Origin: a virus
Direction: 5' to 3' (one strand)
IMG/VR virus record: IMGVR_UViG_3300047496_000382
Length of the DNA: 64,000 nt
Below are positions 29,023 to 36,829 of the stretch, in pieces. Below the pieces are notes generated by a model, which was not told the origin of the DNA, did not search any database, and worked only from the letters and a program-made list of their open reading frames with translations. Position 1 is the first letter of the stretch. Each line of letters begins with the position of its first letter. A program made the position numbers and the translations under genes.

Positions 29023-29174
29023 TACGGCACCACGTGAACCCGCAACTCACCCGACGGCATGGTCGTGTGCTCGCAGTTGGTTTGGAACATGAAGCCCGTG
29101 AAGATGGACCACGCAATCCAGAAGAAGCCATTGCCGACTGCTTTGATGAGTCGCTCTGCCTGTTGTTCCGTCAT
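29022..29174 (-). CDS. small single-TM protein (50 aa)
   Basis: Manual translation MTEQQAERLIKAVGNGFFWIAWSIFTGFMF; coupled at both ends. Confidence 0.6.
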   Translation of the reverse strand: MTEQQAERLIKAVGNGFFWIAWSIFTGFMFQTNCEHTTMPSGELRVHVVP

Positions 29175-29437
29175 CACTTCGCTCCCTTCAACACCTGCTT
29201 GAAGGACATATCGAAGGCGTAATTCCTGCCAGGCTTGAACCCGACGAGCTCGCCTCTCTCATCGTGCACAGGCACGGACTCTCGCTTCGCCTCGAAGCTC
29301 AACGAGATGTCGCCCTTGTCCGCCCTCCCATCCAGGACGTCCTCGATGTGGATGTTGCCGTTCTCATCCTGCATCACGATACTGACGCGTATGTGCAGGA
29401 ACTTGGTCTTGTTCTGCGCCTTGGGCTCGTCGCTCAT
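29174..29437 (-). CDS. hypothetical protein
   Basis: SD GGAGGAG. Confidence 0.6.
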   Translation of the reverse strand: MSDEPKAQNKTKFLHIRVSIVMQDENGNIHIEDVLDGRADKGDISLSFEAKRESVPVHDERGELVGFKPGRNYAFDMSFKQVLKGAK

Positions 29438-29790
29438 GTCTCCTCCGGTTCGTAGCGGTAGACCTTCACCAGCTGGTCGAAGACCACGATGATAAGGCCT
29501 GGTGCCTGCAGTTCAATGCGCTTGATGGGCTGAAGGCGCTCGACCAAAAGTATGTGCTCGTCGAGCAGCTGCAGAAGTGCGAGCCTCTTCTCTTCACTCA
29601 AGTTGCTGTCCCACAGCACCAGATACCCGTGGTGCGACCGAGTCGGCAGCATGCTGTGTAGTGGGAGCTCAGGATTTAGGTCGGTGAGGCTCACAGGGTC
29701 AGCTCCGTCTTCTGTGGTGAGAATTCGTGGTCGACGCCGCGCACCACCACGCTGAGTCGCCAGGGATTCGGAATCACACGCGAGGCGCAC
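29434..29790 (-). CDS. hypothetical protein, start uncertain
   Basis: Tiling at the 3' end. Confidence 0.45.
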   Translation of the reverse strand: MRLACDSESLATQRGGARRRPRILTTEDGADPVSLTDLNPELPLHSMLPTRSHHGYLVLWDSNLSEEKRLALLQLLDEHILLVERLQPIKRIELQAPGLIIVVFDQLVKVYRYEPEET

Positions 29791-29930
29791 ACGACGCTGA
29801 CGATGCGCCAGGCACGCTCCCCCTGGTGAAGGAGCGTGCCCACGCGCAAAGCACCCTTCGGTGTCCCCTCGGCGTCAAGGTCCACGACGAGGCCGCGGCC
29901 TGTCACCTTGCGGACGTCGTGGACTTTCAT
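29691..29930 (-). CDS. small OB/EF-Tu-like beta-barrel hypothetical protein
   Basis: KVTGRGLVV..LRVG pattern; ATGA-coupled. Confidence 0.5.
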   Translation of the reverse strand: MKVHDVRKVTGRGLVVDLDAEGTPKGALRVGTLLHQGERAWRIVSVVCASRVIPNPWRLSVVVRGVDHEFSPQKTELTL

Positions 29931-30073
29931 GCGCGTTCCATCGACCAGCCACTGCGCTTGAGCCGATTCAGAATCGTCGATGTATGCATCCCTAGCTCAC
30001 GTGACCACTGGGCCAACGTTTGTGTTCGACCCCGAAGGGTGAGGAGCTTACGCTCTGCCTCGGAGCGCTTCAC
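29927..30073 (-). CDS. stand-alone HTH-like domain related to HNH endonuclease C-termini (48 aa)
   Basis: LLTLRGRTQTLAQWSRELGMHTSTILNRLKRSGWSMERA; GTGA/ATGA coupled on both sides. Confidence 0.65.
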   Translation of the reverse strand: MKRSEAERKLLTLRGRTQTLAQWSRELGMHTSTILNRLKRSGWSMERA

Positions 30074-30348
30074 TGGTCTCCGATGCCCAGCAAGTAGTTT
30101 GTATGATTCCGGCGTGCCTCCCGCAGCTGTTTGAGCTCCAAAGCCATGGCCTCGACGTCGTACCTCTCGAAGGCCTCCGTCACCTCCTTCAGCGTCTGGA
30201 TGTAGACGGCCTCGCGCAGCTCTGCGTTCTTACGCGCCTCCGGGTCCGCATGTAACTTCTGGATGCGTCGGTTCATCCCGATGCGCCCGTTGAGGAACTC
30301 CGCGATGCGCTCGAGTGGATAACGCCTGTCTTCTTGTTGTTCCGCCAT
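30070..30348 (-). CDS. helical hypothetical protein
   Basis: SD GAGG. Confidence 0.6.
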   Translation of the reverse strand: MAEQQEDRRYPLERIAEFLNGRIGMNRRIQKLHADPEARKNAELREAVYIQTLKEVTEAFERYDVEAMALELKQLREARRNHTNYLLGIGDQ

Positions 30349-30384
30349 GGTGCAAACCTCGCGAGTCTCCTATCGGCAGCCAGT

Positions 30385-30425
30385 CAAAAAAAGAAGCCGC
30401 GCCCCGTGAAGGGCGGGCTCCTCCT
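30385..30425 (-). terminator. intrinsic terminator after NADAR
   Basis: GC hairpin followed by CTTCTTTTTTTGAC. Confidence 0.65.
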
Positions 30426-30427
30426 GT

Positions 30428-30919
30428 TCACGCGCCTTTGCGCAGCTCTGTACGTGCTTCGGTGATGGCCTGCCCGAGCAGGTTCTGGCCTAACCAAGTC
30501 GCTTTATTCCAAGCGCGCGGGTCGGCCAGCGAGAGACCGATACCCCAGATTTTGTCGTGTGGACTGGCCTCAACGAAGATGTCGGTGTCAGCTGTTGCCA
30601 GCAGAAACTCTCTGAGTTTCGGATTCTGCCTGTACTTCTCCATCGTCCCTGCGAGCACAATGGGGTAGCGCGTCTCTGCCCACTTCGCGTCGTCGTAGTT
30701 GCGGACCTTGCGGCCGAACTCCTTCTGCGCTCTTGGATACGGGGACGCCAGAATCTTCGCCCGCACTTCCTCGTCGCCGAACGTTCGGGCCTTCTCTGCC
30801 ATCATCCACTGCTCGACGCAGTTGTATTGCTGCCCGTTGAGGAGAAAGACCGAGGGCTCCCAGTTCGACGGCCAGCCGCCCCAGAAGAGTATGAATCCGT
30901 TTCGAGTCACGATGTCCAT
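30428..30919 (-). CDS. NADAR family (YbiA-like) N-glycosidase / ADP-ribose eraser
   Basis: SNW, CVEQWMMAEKA, KEFGRKV, EASPHDKIWGIG and GQNLLGQA motifs. Confidence 0.92.
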   Translation of the reverse strand: MDIVTRNGFILFWGGWPSNWEPSVFLLNGQQYNCVEQWMMAEKARTFGDEEVRAKILASPYPRAQKEFGRKVRNYDDAKWAETRYPIVLAGTMEKYRQNPKLREFLLATADTDIFVEASPHDKIWGIGLSLADPRAWNKATWLGQNLLGQAITEARTELRKGA

Positions 30920-30934
30920 GGTGTACCTCCATGG

Positions 30935-30964
30935 TTCTTGTGCCCGAACAGCGCTACTTCTTGA
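30935..30964 (-). promoter_or_regulatory. class I phage promoter for NADAR
   Basis: TCAAGA-N14-GGCACAAGAA; overlaps the ART stop codon. Confidence 0.65.
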
Positions 30965-31613
30965 CGCGCACAACCTCGACATTCACCGACGGTGCTGAGA
31001 TGAGGTACTCGCCCTCGGTGGGGCGGAAGGACTTGCCGATGACGTGTGCGTAGAGCTCGTTGAACCACGGCTTGGTACGCTCTGGCGGCGCGAGCACCGG
31101 AGTGACGCCCTCGCCATCGACGAGCTTGATGATGAGCCCGACCTTGCCATCACCGGCACCAGAGAAGCGGTTCGTCGCCGCCTCTGAGGTAGACCACGAA
31201 GAGAACCCATGATTGCGCGTGACCGGAAGAGCTAGGCGCTGTCCGACCTGGAGTTTGGCGAGTGGGTCGTCCTTCGGCACCTTGAAGCCGCGATAGATGC
31301 CCACAACATCCGAGGGCGCAAGGTCCATCACCTTGCTGAGAGAGTCGCGGTGCTCGAGGAGCTTGCGCGCCATCGTTTGGCCTGTGTACCAGCGCCGTGC
31401 ACTGTGCAGTGTCTCGAAGAGCTTCTCAGGTGTCGTCTCGCTCATGTGTGCGATGGCGGCATCACGGTGCGGACTCTCCCAGTTGTGTATCGAGGACACG
31501 AAGCTCTCGATGTGCGCCTTCGTTCGCGGCGGCATCCGGTCGTTGCTCTTGATTTTCACCGCAGCAATCTTCTCGAGCTCATCGAGGAAGGCGCCCCATC
31601 GTGTCCGGTCCAT
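30954..31613 (-). CDS. R-S-E clade ADP-ribosyltransferase with N-terminal AFLDELEKIA motif
   Basis: IYRG, FSSWSTS and TEGEYLI motifs in canonical order. Confidence 0.75.
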   Translation of the reverse strand: MDRTRWGAFLDELEKIAAVKIKSNDRMPPRTKAHIESFVSSIHNWESPHRDAAIAHMSETTPEKLFETLHSARRWYTGQTMARKLLEHRDSLSKVMDLAPSDVVGIYRGFKVPKDDPLAKLQVGQRLALPVTRNHGFSSWSTSEAATNRFSGAGDGKVGLIIKLVDGEGVTPVLAPPERTKPWFNELYAHVIGKSFRPTEGEYLISAPSVNVEVVRVKK

Positions 31614-31638
31614 ACGTGCAGTCTACAACATGCACCGC

Positions 31639-32448
31639 TCACTCCTTCGGTTCCCAGTTGAGAGGGGACCACTTGAGCATCTTCTCGATGAGCTCCGCCG
31701 TCGCCTTGAGCAGCCCGCTTGCGATTTGAGCCGCGACAGCACGGTCGTCGCCAGGTCCACCGTCGAGGATGTACTGGTGCGCCTCCGCCTTCATCCAAGC
31801 GGCGATTTCGGCGCGCATCCGCTGACCGCCGGCGATGAAGGATGTCTTGTCGTAAGCCTCTTTCTCTTCACGCGGACGCCCTTTGGTGCCGGGCAACGTC
31901 GCGAACGCGTGAGGGTCTCCGTCGAGCTTGTTCGCGTGGATGAGGCCGTTGAGACTGGCGCGCAGGCGTTGCGCGTCGGTGACGATGCCGAGCCTGACCG
32001 TAGGAAGGTCGTTGCCTTCCTCGGAGCGCGGCAGCACCTGCACGTTCGGCTGGCTCGCTGTGGTGCGCCCGCTGGTGACCAACAGCGTGCCCAAGGGCTG
32101 ATTCAGCCCCTTGAGGCGCCACTCGGGAACGCCAGCGGCGATGCAAGCACGGCAGAGGAAGAGCGTGTTGCTGGCGCTCTCCGGGTTGACCCCGCACGTC
32201 GAGCAAAGCCCGAAGCGTTCGGCCACCTCCATGGCTTCGACGCGCAGGTCGTGGGCGAGGAACGGGAACTCCACCTCGCAGGCACCAGCGTAGGCCAGGA
32301 GCGCCGCTGCCGAGAACTTGTCGTGGTGCTTGTCGAGCATGAAGAAGGAACACTTCTCGTGCTTCCCCCCGGGCACGGAAGTCCCGTCGAGGCGCGTGAC
32401 CTTGTACTTCGAGTAGGCGCCTCGGCGCCGGTCGGTCGCTCTGCTCAT
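31639..32448 (-). CDS. phage hypothetical protein
   Basis: YSKYKVTRLDG..PGGKHEKC..F.LD..DKF..AALLAYA motif. Confidence 0.65.
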   Translation of the reverse strand: MSRATDRRRGAYSKYKVTRLDGTSVPGGKHEKCSFFMLDKHHDKFSAAALLAYAGACEVEFPFLAHDLRVEAMEVAERFGLCSTCGVNPESASNTLFLCRACIAAGVPEWRLKGLNQPLGTLLVTSGRTTASQPNVQVLPRSEEGNDLPTVRLGIVTDAQRLRASLNGLIHANKLDGDPHAFATLPGTKGRPREEKEAYDKTSFIAGGQRMRAEIAAWMKAEAHQYILDGGPGDDRAVAAQIASGLLKATAELIEKMLKWSPLNWEPKE

Positions 32449-32687
32449 GAAGTCTCCTTCTGGATGGCGTCGTACGCCTTCTTCTTCAACGGCGGCGGCA
32501 GTCGCACGATGATGGAGCCCTTGGTGCCGATGACCTCGCCGGTGTCTCCCTTGCCGGTGAACATCGCGACGAAGCGCCAGTCCCCGCCAACCCCGGCCCA
32601 GGTGACGCCGCCCTTCTCCCACTTCTTCACGCTGGCGAGCGCCTTGTCTGCCTCGGCGACGATGGCGGCCATCTCCGTCGGCGTCAC
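32445..32687 (-). CDS. hypothetical protein
   Basis: Coupled, tiling. Confidence 0.6.
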   Translation of the reverse strand: MTPTEMAAIVAEADKALASVKKWEKGGVTWAGVGGDWRFVAMFTGKGDTGEVIGTKGSIIVRLPPPLKKKAYDAIQKETS

Positions 32688-33325
32688 GAGCAGGTCATGC
32701 CTGCAGCGCGCGCCTGTTCCCGGGCTTCGTCAGGAGTGACGCCCAGGTCCGAGGCAACGAGCTGCCAATGGTGACTGTCCAGGTGCATCCCCATCGCGTC
32801 GATGAGCCGTGCGATGGGCGCGGGTTCCGGCTTGCTTGTGAGGAGCGCGTCGACATTGGAGATGAGCGAGTACGGGAAGTGCCCCGCCAGCTCCTCCTGC
32901 TGCAGGCGTTTGTACATCTGGCGCAAGTAGAAGAGCGCCTTCTCGCCGCCGACCGGCTGCATCGGTCCTGGACCATTCGGCGGCGGGTGAACAGGGCAAG
33001 GCCCCTCGCAGTGGTCATCACAGTTGCAGCGCGCAGTCGGCTCCGCACCTTTGGCCAGGCGCGTATTGATGCCCCGGCGCAGCAGCAACGGCAGCTGCGT
33101 GTGCGCGTTGTGGCTCTCGAGGTGGTCGTGTAGCCGTTTGAGCAGCGCGAAGCTGGAGAGCTCCGCGGCGTCGTGGACGGTCATCACCTCTTCCTGCTCA
33201 GCAGCCGGTGCGGGCAGCTTCTGCTCCAGCGCGTCGCCGATGCGCTCGAGGGCGCGAATGAGCTTGGGCACGTGCCCATCGAAGAACATTCGCCCCATCA
33301 CCGTTTCGAAGAATTGCGGTCCCAT
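32684..33325 (-). CDS. hypothetical protein
   Basis: FFETVMGRMFFDGHVPKLIRALERI motif. Confidence 0.6.
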   Translation of the reverse strand: MGPQFFETVMGRMFFDGHVPKLIRALERIGDALEQKLPAPAAEQEEVMTVHDAAELSSFALLKRLHDHLESHNAHTQLPLLLRRGINTRLAKGAEPTARCNCDDHCEGPCPVHPPPNGPGPMQPVGGEKALFYLRQMYKRLQQEELAGHFPYSLISNVDALLTSKPEPAPIARLIDAMGMHLDSHHWQLVASDLGVTPDEAREQARAAGMTCS

Positions 33326-33522
33326 CAGTTCCTCTTTTCCAACACGCCATTGTCAATGAGTAGCCCCTCGATGCGGTCGAGCTTGTAGGCGGTGTTGACG
33401 GCCTCGCTCTCGATGCCGTCGAACTTCTTCTTATCGACCACCGTCTCGGTGATGCGTTCGAGCAGCAGACGAAGCTGCCGCTCGTTGAGCTTCTTCAGGT
33501 TCTTCTTGTAGGACTCGCCCAT
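33325..33522 (-). CDS. small hypothetical protein
   Basis: SD GGGAGG. Confidence 0.6.
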   Translation of the reverse strand: MGESYKKNLKKLNERQLRLLLERITETVVDKKKFDGIESEAVNTAYKLDRIEGLLIDNGVLEKRN

Positions 33523-33524
33523 GG

Positions 33525-33722
33525 CTACCTCCCGTGGGTCTTGAGCTCCATCTCGACCCACTGAACGATTTTGTCGTAGGTGTTTGCCTCTCCGAACGCG
33601 CGCTCCTTACTGAGCGGGTCAGTGAAGTCACGAGCCATCTTCCTGCTCTGGGCGCGCTTGTTCTTCAGCAGCTTCAGGAGACGCCCGAGTACCGCCGGTG
33701 TCGATTCGACAACCATGGTCAC
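33525..33722 (-). CDS. small hypothetical protein
   Basis: Tiling. Confidence 0.55.
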   Translation of the reverse strand: MTMVVESTPAVLGRLLKLLKNKRAQSRKMARDFTDPLSKERAFGEANTYDKIVQWVEMELKTHGR

Positions 33723-34888
33723 TTCCCCACCACGGAGCCAAAGAGTTTGCCCGCCTCACGCTGGAGCTCGAGCTTCCGCTCCAGGTCGTCGACCTTGTTT
33801 GCGATGTTGCCGACGACAGAAGCTGCCCACCACAAATTAGCGACGCGCTCGCTGCCCTCGAACGAGATGGGCGGCAGGTCGATGATGGTCTCGCCCTTGC
33901 CGTCGAGGAGGTTCTGCACCGACTCGACGTCGGCCTTGCCGAGGAAGCGCGAGAGCTGCGTCTTGAGCTTGCTCCAGGGAATCTTCTCCTCGTGGGCCAC
34001 GCGCACGGCCTCGACGAGCTTGGTAACGACGCGCTCGGAGAGCTGCTCCTTCACGGCGTCGCCGATGGCACCCTGCTGAGCGATGACCTCCTTGCGGAGT
34101 GTATCCTCCGACAGCTCGAGGTCGCTCTCCTCGATGACGCTGCCGATGTGGATGCGGCTGATGGTCTGGTCGAGCACCGTGGAGGTGGCCGAGGCCACGC
34201 GCCAGAGCGTCATGCAGACCGACAGCTTGCCGGCGCCGAAGTCGCTGTTGCTCCACTCGACACCCATGCAGACGTACTCGCCAGGGAACGCCTCGTAGAC
34301 CTCGGGCAGGAGGCACTTGAGGGAGACGCGCACGTCGGTCGCCACCGCCTCCACCGGGCGCGCGCCCGAGGCACGGCAGGCCTCGACGAACGCGCGCAGC
34401 AACGGCACACTGGCGAGGTAGCGGTTGTAGCGCCGGCTCAGGAAGCCACGCAGCTCATTGCCGACGATGCGGTGGAGGAAGCGCACCTGGGCACCGTTCT
34501 TCTCCGTCCACTTCGGACGAGCGAAGAGCTCGTTGAGGTTGTGCGCTGCGAGCTCGCGACGCCACGCGACGGTGGTGTACGTCTCGTTCGCTGCCGGGTT
34601 GAGCAGACTGCCTGCGTACTGGAGCGGGAAGCCGACCTTCGAGCAGAGCTGCGAGAAGGCGTGCTTGTGGATGGAGAGCCCCGTCTCGCCGATGTCGAGG
34701 CGCAGCCCGGCCATGTCGAAGTAGCACGAGAACTTCATCGTGCTCGGCGCGACGAGCTTGTCCACAATCACCATTTTCTGGACCGACGCGATGAGTGCGG
34801 CCTCTTGTTGTGCTCCGGCGAGGAAGCGCTGCTCCATGCGACGGGTGGCGTTGTCACGAAGCTCGAACAGATTTCCCTGAGTACCCAT
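33719..34888 (-). CDS. DUF932-like phage/plasmid protein
   Basis: HAFSQLCSKVGFP, LRGFLSRRY and WSNSDFGAGKL motifs. Confidence 0.7.
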   Translation of the reverse strand: MGTQGNLFELRDNATRRMEQRFLAGAQQEAALIASVQKMVIVDKLVAPSTMKFSCYFDMAGLRLDIGETGLSIHKHAFSQLCSKVGFPLQYAGSLLNPAANETYTTVAWRRELAAHNLNELFARPKWTEKNGAQVRFLHRIVGNELRGFLSRRYNRYLASVPLLRAFVEACRASGARPVEAVATDVRVSLKCLLPEVYEAFPGEYVCMGVEWSNSDFGAGKLSVCMTLWRVASATSTVLDQTISRIHIGSVIEESDLELSEDTLRKEVIAQQGAIGDAVKEQLSERVVTKLVEAVRVAHEEKIPWSKLKTQLSRFLGKADVESVQNLLDGKGETIIDLPPISFEGSERVANLWWAASVVGNIANKVDDLERKLELQREAGKLFGSVVGK

Positions 34889-34917
34889 GGTCGTTCTCTT
34901 CTCTCGTTGGTCGGGGA

Positions 34918-35373
34918 CTACTTCTTCGTTTGCGCGCGTGCGGTCTCTTGCGCGAGGCGGTGCAACTCCTCGTCGACGAGCGCCTGAAAGCGACCAGGCA
35001 GCGTCTTCAGGTACTGCTGGATGTCGTACTTCTTCAGCAGGTCGACCACGATGCGATGTGCCGTCTCACCGACAGCACGGTTGCTCGCCTCTTGCAGCCA
35101 GCGGTCGGCGTTGTTCTCGAAGTAGTGGTCCGCCTTCGCACGGAACACAGCACTTCCGACATACGCCGCGCCCTTGCTCTCGGCGTAGGCCCCCACATGC
35201 TTCCACATGTGCTCGCTAGCCGCCTTGGGAAGTAGCTCCAGCACCGCGGCGGTGAAGCGCTTCCACATCTCCTTGTCTTCGACTTGGAGCATCCGGCGAA
35301 CCAGCTTGTTCGCCATCTGATGGTTGCAGTAAGCGAGCAGCGCGCGTGCAGCTCAAGTGTCACTTGTTGCCAT
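34918..35373 (-). CDS. hypothetical protein; SD-led ATG 35373 is separated from ORF 34918-35316 by an in-frame TGA (35353-35355)
   Basis: GGGAGG..ATG GCA ACA AGT GAC ACT TGA GCT GCA... continues in frame. Confidence 0.55.
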
Positions 35374-35389
35374 GCATCCTCCCTCAGTC

Positions 35390-35427
35390 AAAAAGAAACG
35401 GGGCCAAGCAGTACGCCTGGCCCCGTC
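35390..35427 (-). terminator. intrinsic terminator after tmRNA
   Basis: ACGGGGCCA...TGGCCCCGT stem plus TTCTTTTTG. Confidence 0.8.
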
Positions 35428-35448
35428 TACCTACTTCTTCTATTTTCG

Positions 35449-35818
35449 TGGACCTGAAGGGAGTCGAACCCTTGTCCGCAAGAGCGCTACAGAAATCTTC
35501 ATTCACGTGCGTAGGGAGTCTTGACCTCTTCGGCTCCCGTGGTGCCCGTCTCTCCGGGCTGTCCACGCTCTTCTTGTTCTCCCCCACCCGAGTCAAGTGG
35601 TCCGTGTTTGCGGAGCTGGAGTTCCAGCGGAATAGCTACCCTCTGGGGTTACACCGCCGAGGCTACTGGGTGCTGTTTCACCCTGGCGATGGCTCAGGCC
35701 GCGAGGCGCTGGGCGACTTCGTTGTCGTTGGCAACTAGCGTTGCTCGAATTGAAGGATACGAGCGCCCCTTGCACGCAGACTTCCGTTCTTCTCCCACGT
35801 CGAAACCGGGACAGGCCC
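35449..35818 (-). ncRNA. ssrA: tmRNA, one-piece; tag (A)ANDNEVAQRLAA at 35732-35694
   Basis: Acceptor GGGCCUG/CAGGUCC with G3.U70; 5' GG(U)UUCGAC motif; T-arm AAGGG-UUCGACU-CCCUU; discriminator A; CUAGUU before the resume codon; CCA not encoded. Confidence 0.95.
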
Positions 35819-35841
35819 TTTCAAGAACTACTTCTACTACT

Positions 35842-36033
35842 TCACTTCTTCTTGTCCAACTGTTTCATCAGTCGCATCTCGAGCTCGGCGAAGTCCACGC
35901 CCGTGACGACGAAGGGGTCCTTTCGTGTGAAGGCATCACGCAAGCGGCGCCCGAATTCGGTGCGCAGCGGGAGGTTCTGTAGCGCCGGCACATCGCTCAC
36001 GCGGCGGCCGGTCTCGGTCACTCGAGTGCTCAT
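35842..36033 (-). CDS. 63-aa mini-protein derived from family A DNA polymerase motifs 2 and A
   Basis: TETGRRVSDVPALQNLPLRTEFGRRLRDAF...VDFAELEMRL; ATG overlaps the sigma stop. Confidence 0.7.
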   Translation of the reverse strand: MSTRVTETGRRVSDVPALQNLPLRTEFGRRLRDAFTRKDPFVVTGVDFAELEMRLMKQLDKKK

Positions 36034-36821
36034 CAATCATCCTCCAGGTTCAGGCCCATGTGCTGCCGAAGAGTCGCACCCATCTGCGTCTTCAGCTTGC
36101 TCACCTGCGGCGCCGTCATGTTCATCTTCTTGGCGAGCTCGTTGGTCGAGGTGATGTGCGCGTAGCCGTTCGTGCCGAAAACGTGGTTGAAGAGTGTGTG
36201 GAGATGCGGCTGGTTCGGGAAGATGTCGGGCAGGATGTTCTGCGCGATGGCGATTTGCTGCTCCTCGAACTCGAGCGGGTGCTGCCGGCTGGTCGGGTCC
36301 GTCTCGAAGGCGCTCGAGGGAACGTCGCCGGAGCGCGCGGCCTGGATGCGGCCAACGAGCTTGGCCGAGAGTCCCATGTGCCCGCCAATCTCCTCGTGCG
36401 TCGGCTGACGACCCAAGTCCTGGCGCAGCGTGTCTTCTGCCTTGATGAGCTTGCCGATGTGTCCTGAGACACCCTCCGGCACGTAGCCGATGTTCTGGTG
36501 GCGGTTGTTGTACCGCATCGCCTTCTGCAGCCGTGTGTGCACGTGCGTATTGAGCGCCGCCCCTCGGTTCGGGTCGTACGTCTCGAACGCCTTGATGAGG
36601 TGCTTCTGGAGCTCCGCGCGCATCGAGGCCTCGGGCACGTTCGGCGCGCGGTACTGCGTCATCTTCTGCGCGATGACGGGCTTGTAGAGGTCGAGCAGCG
36701 GCGACAAGTCCTCGGGCTTCTTTGAGGTGCGCCACGTGTTGAGGAGCTCAATCTCGTGCTCCTTGCGATTCTTCTTCTGCGCCTCTTTGCCTTGGAGGTA
36801 CTCGTTGACGGGGTTCGACAC
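36033..36821 (-). CDS. phage sigma-70 family factor, FliA/WhiG-like
   Basis: Region 2 AFETYDPNRGAALNTH; region 3 LGRQPTHEEIG; region 4 HTH NELAKKMNMTAPQVSKL. Confidence 0.85.
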   Translation of the reverse strand: MSNPVNEYLQGKEAQKKNRKEHEIELLNTWRTSKKPEDLSPLLDLYKPVIAQKMTQYRAPNVPEASMRAELQKHLIKAFETYDPNRGAALNTHVHTRLQKAMRYNNRHQNIGYVPEGVSGHIGKLIKAEDTLRQDLGRQPTHEEIGGHMGLSAKLVGRIQAARSGDVPSSAFETDPTSRQHPLEFEEQQIAIAQNILPDIFPNQPHLHTLFNHVFGTNGYAHITSTNELAKKMNMTAPQVSKLKTQMGATLRQHMGLNLEDD

Positions 36822-36829
36822 GGCGTCTC

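Noticed and set aside
28937-29131. Track ORF MASSGLRGP...
   Set aside because: The alternative frame 29022-29174 gives a coupled TM protein that tiles exactly.
31297-32739. Long plus-strand ORF (480 aa); likewise 33698-34987 and 41035-42324
   Set aside because: Antisense shadows of motif-bearing minus-strand genes, expected at high GC.
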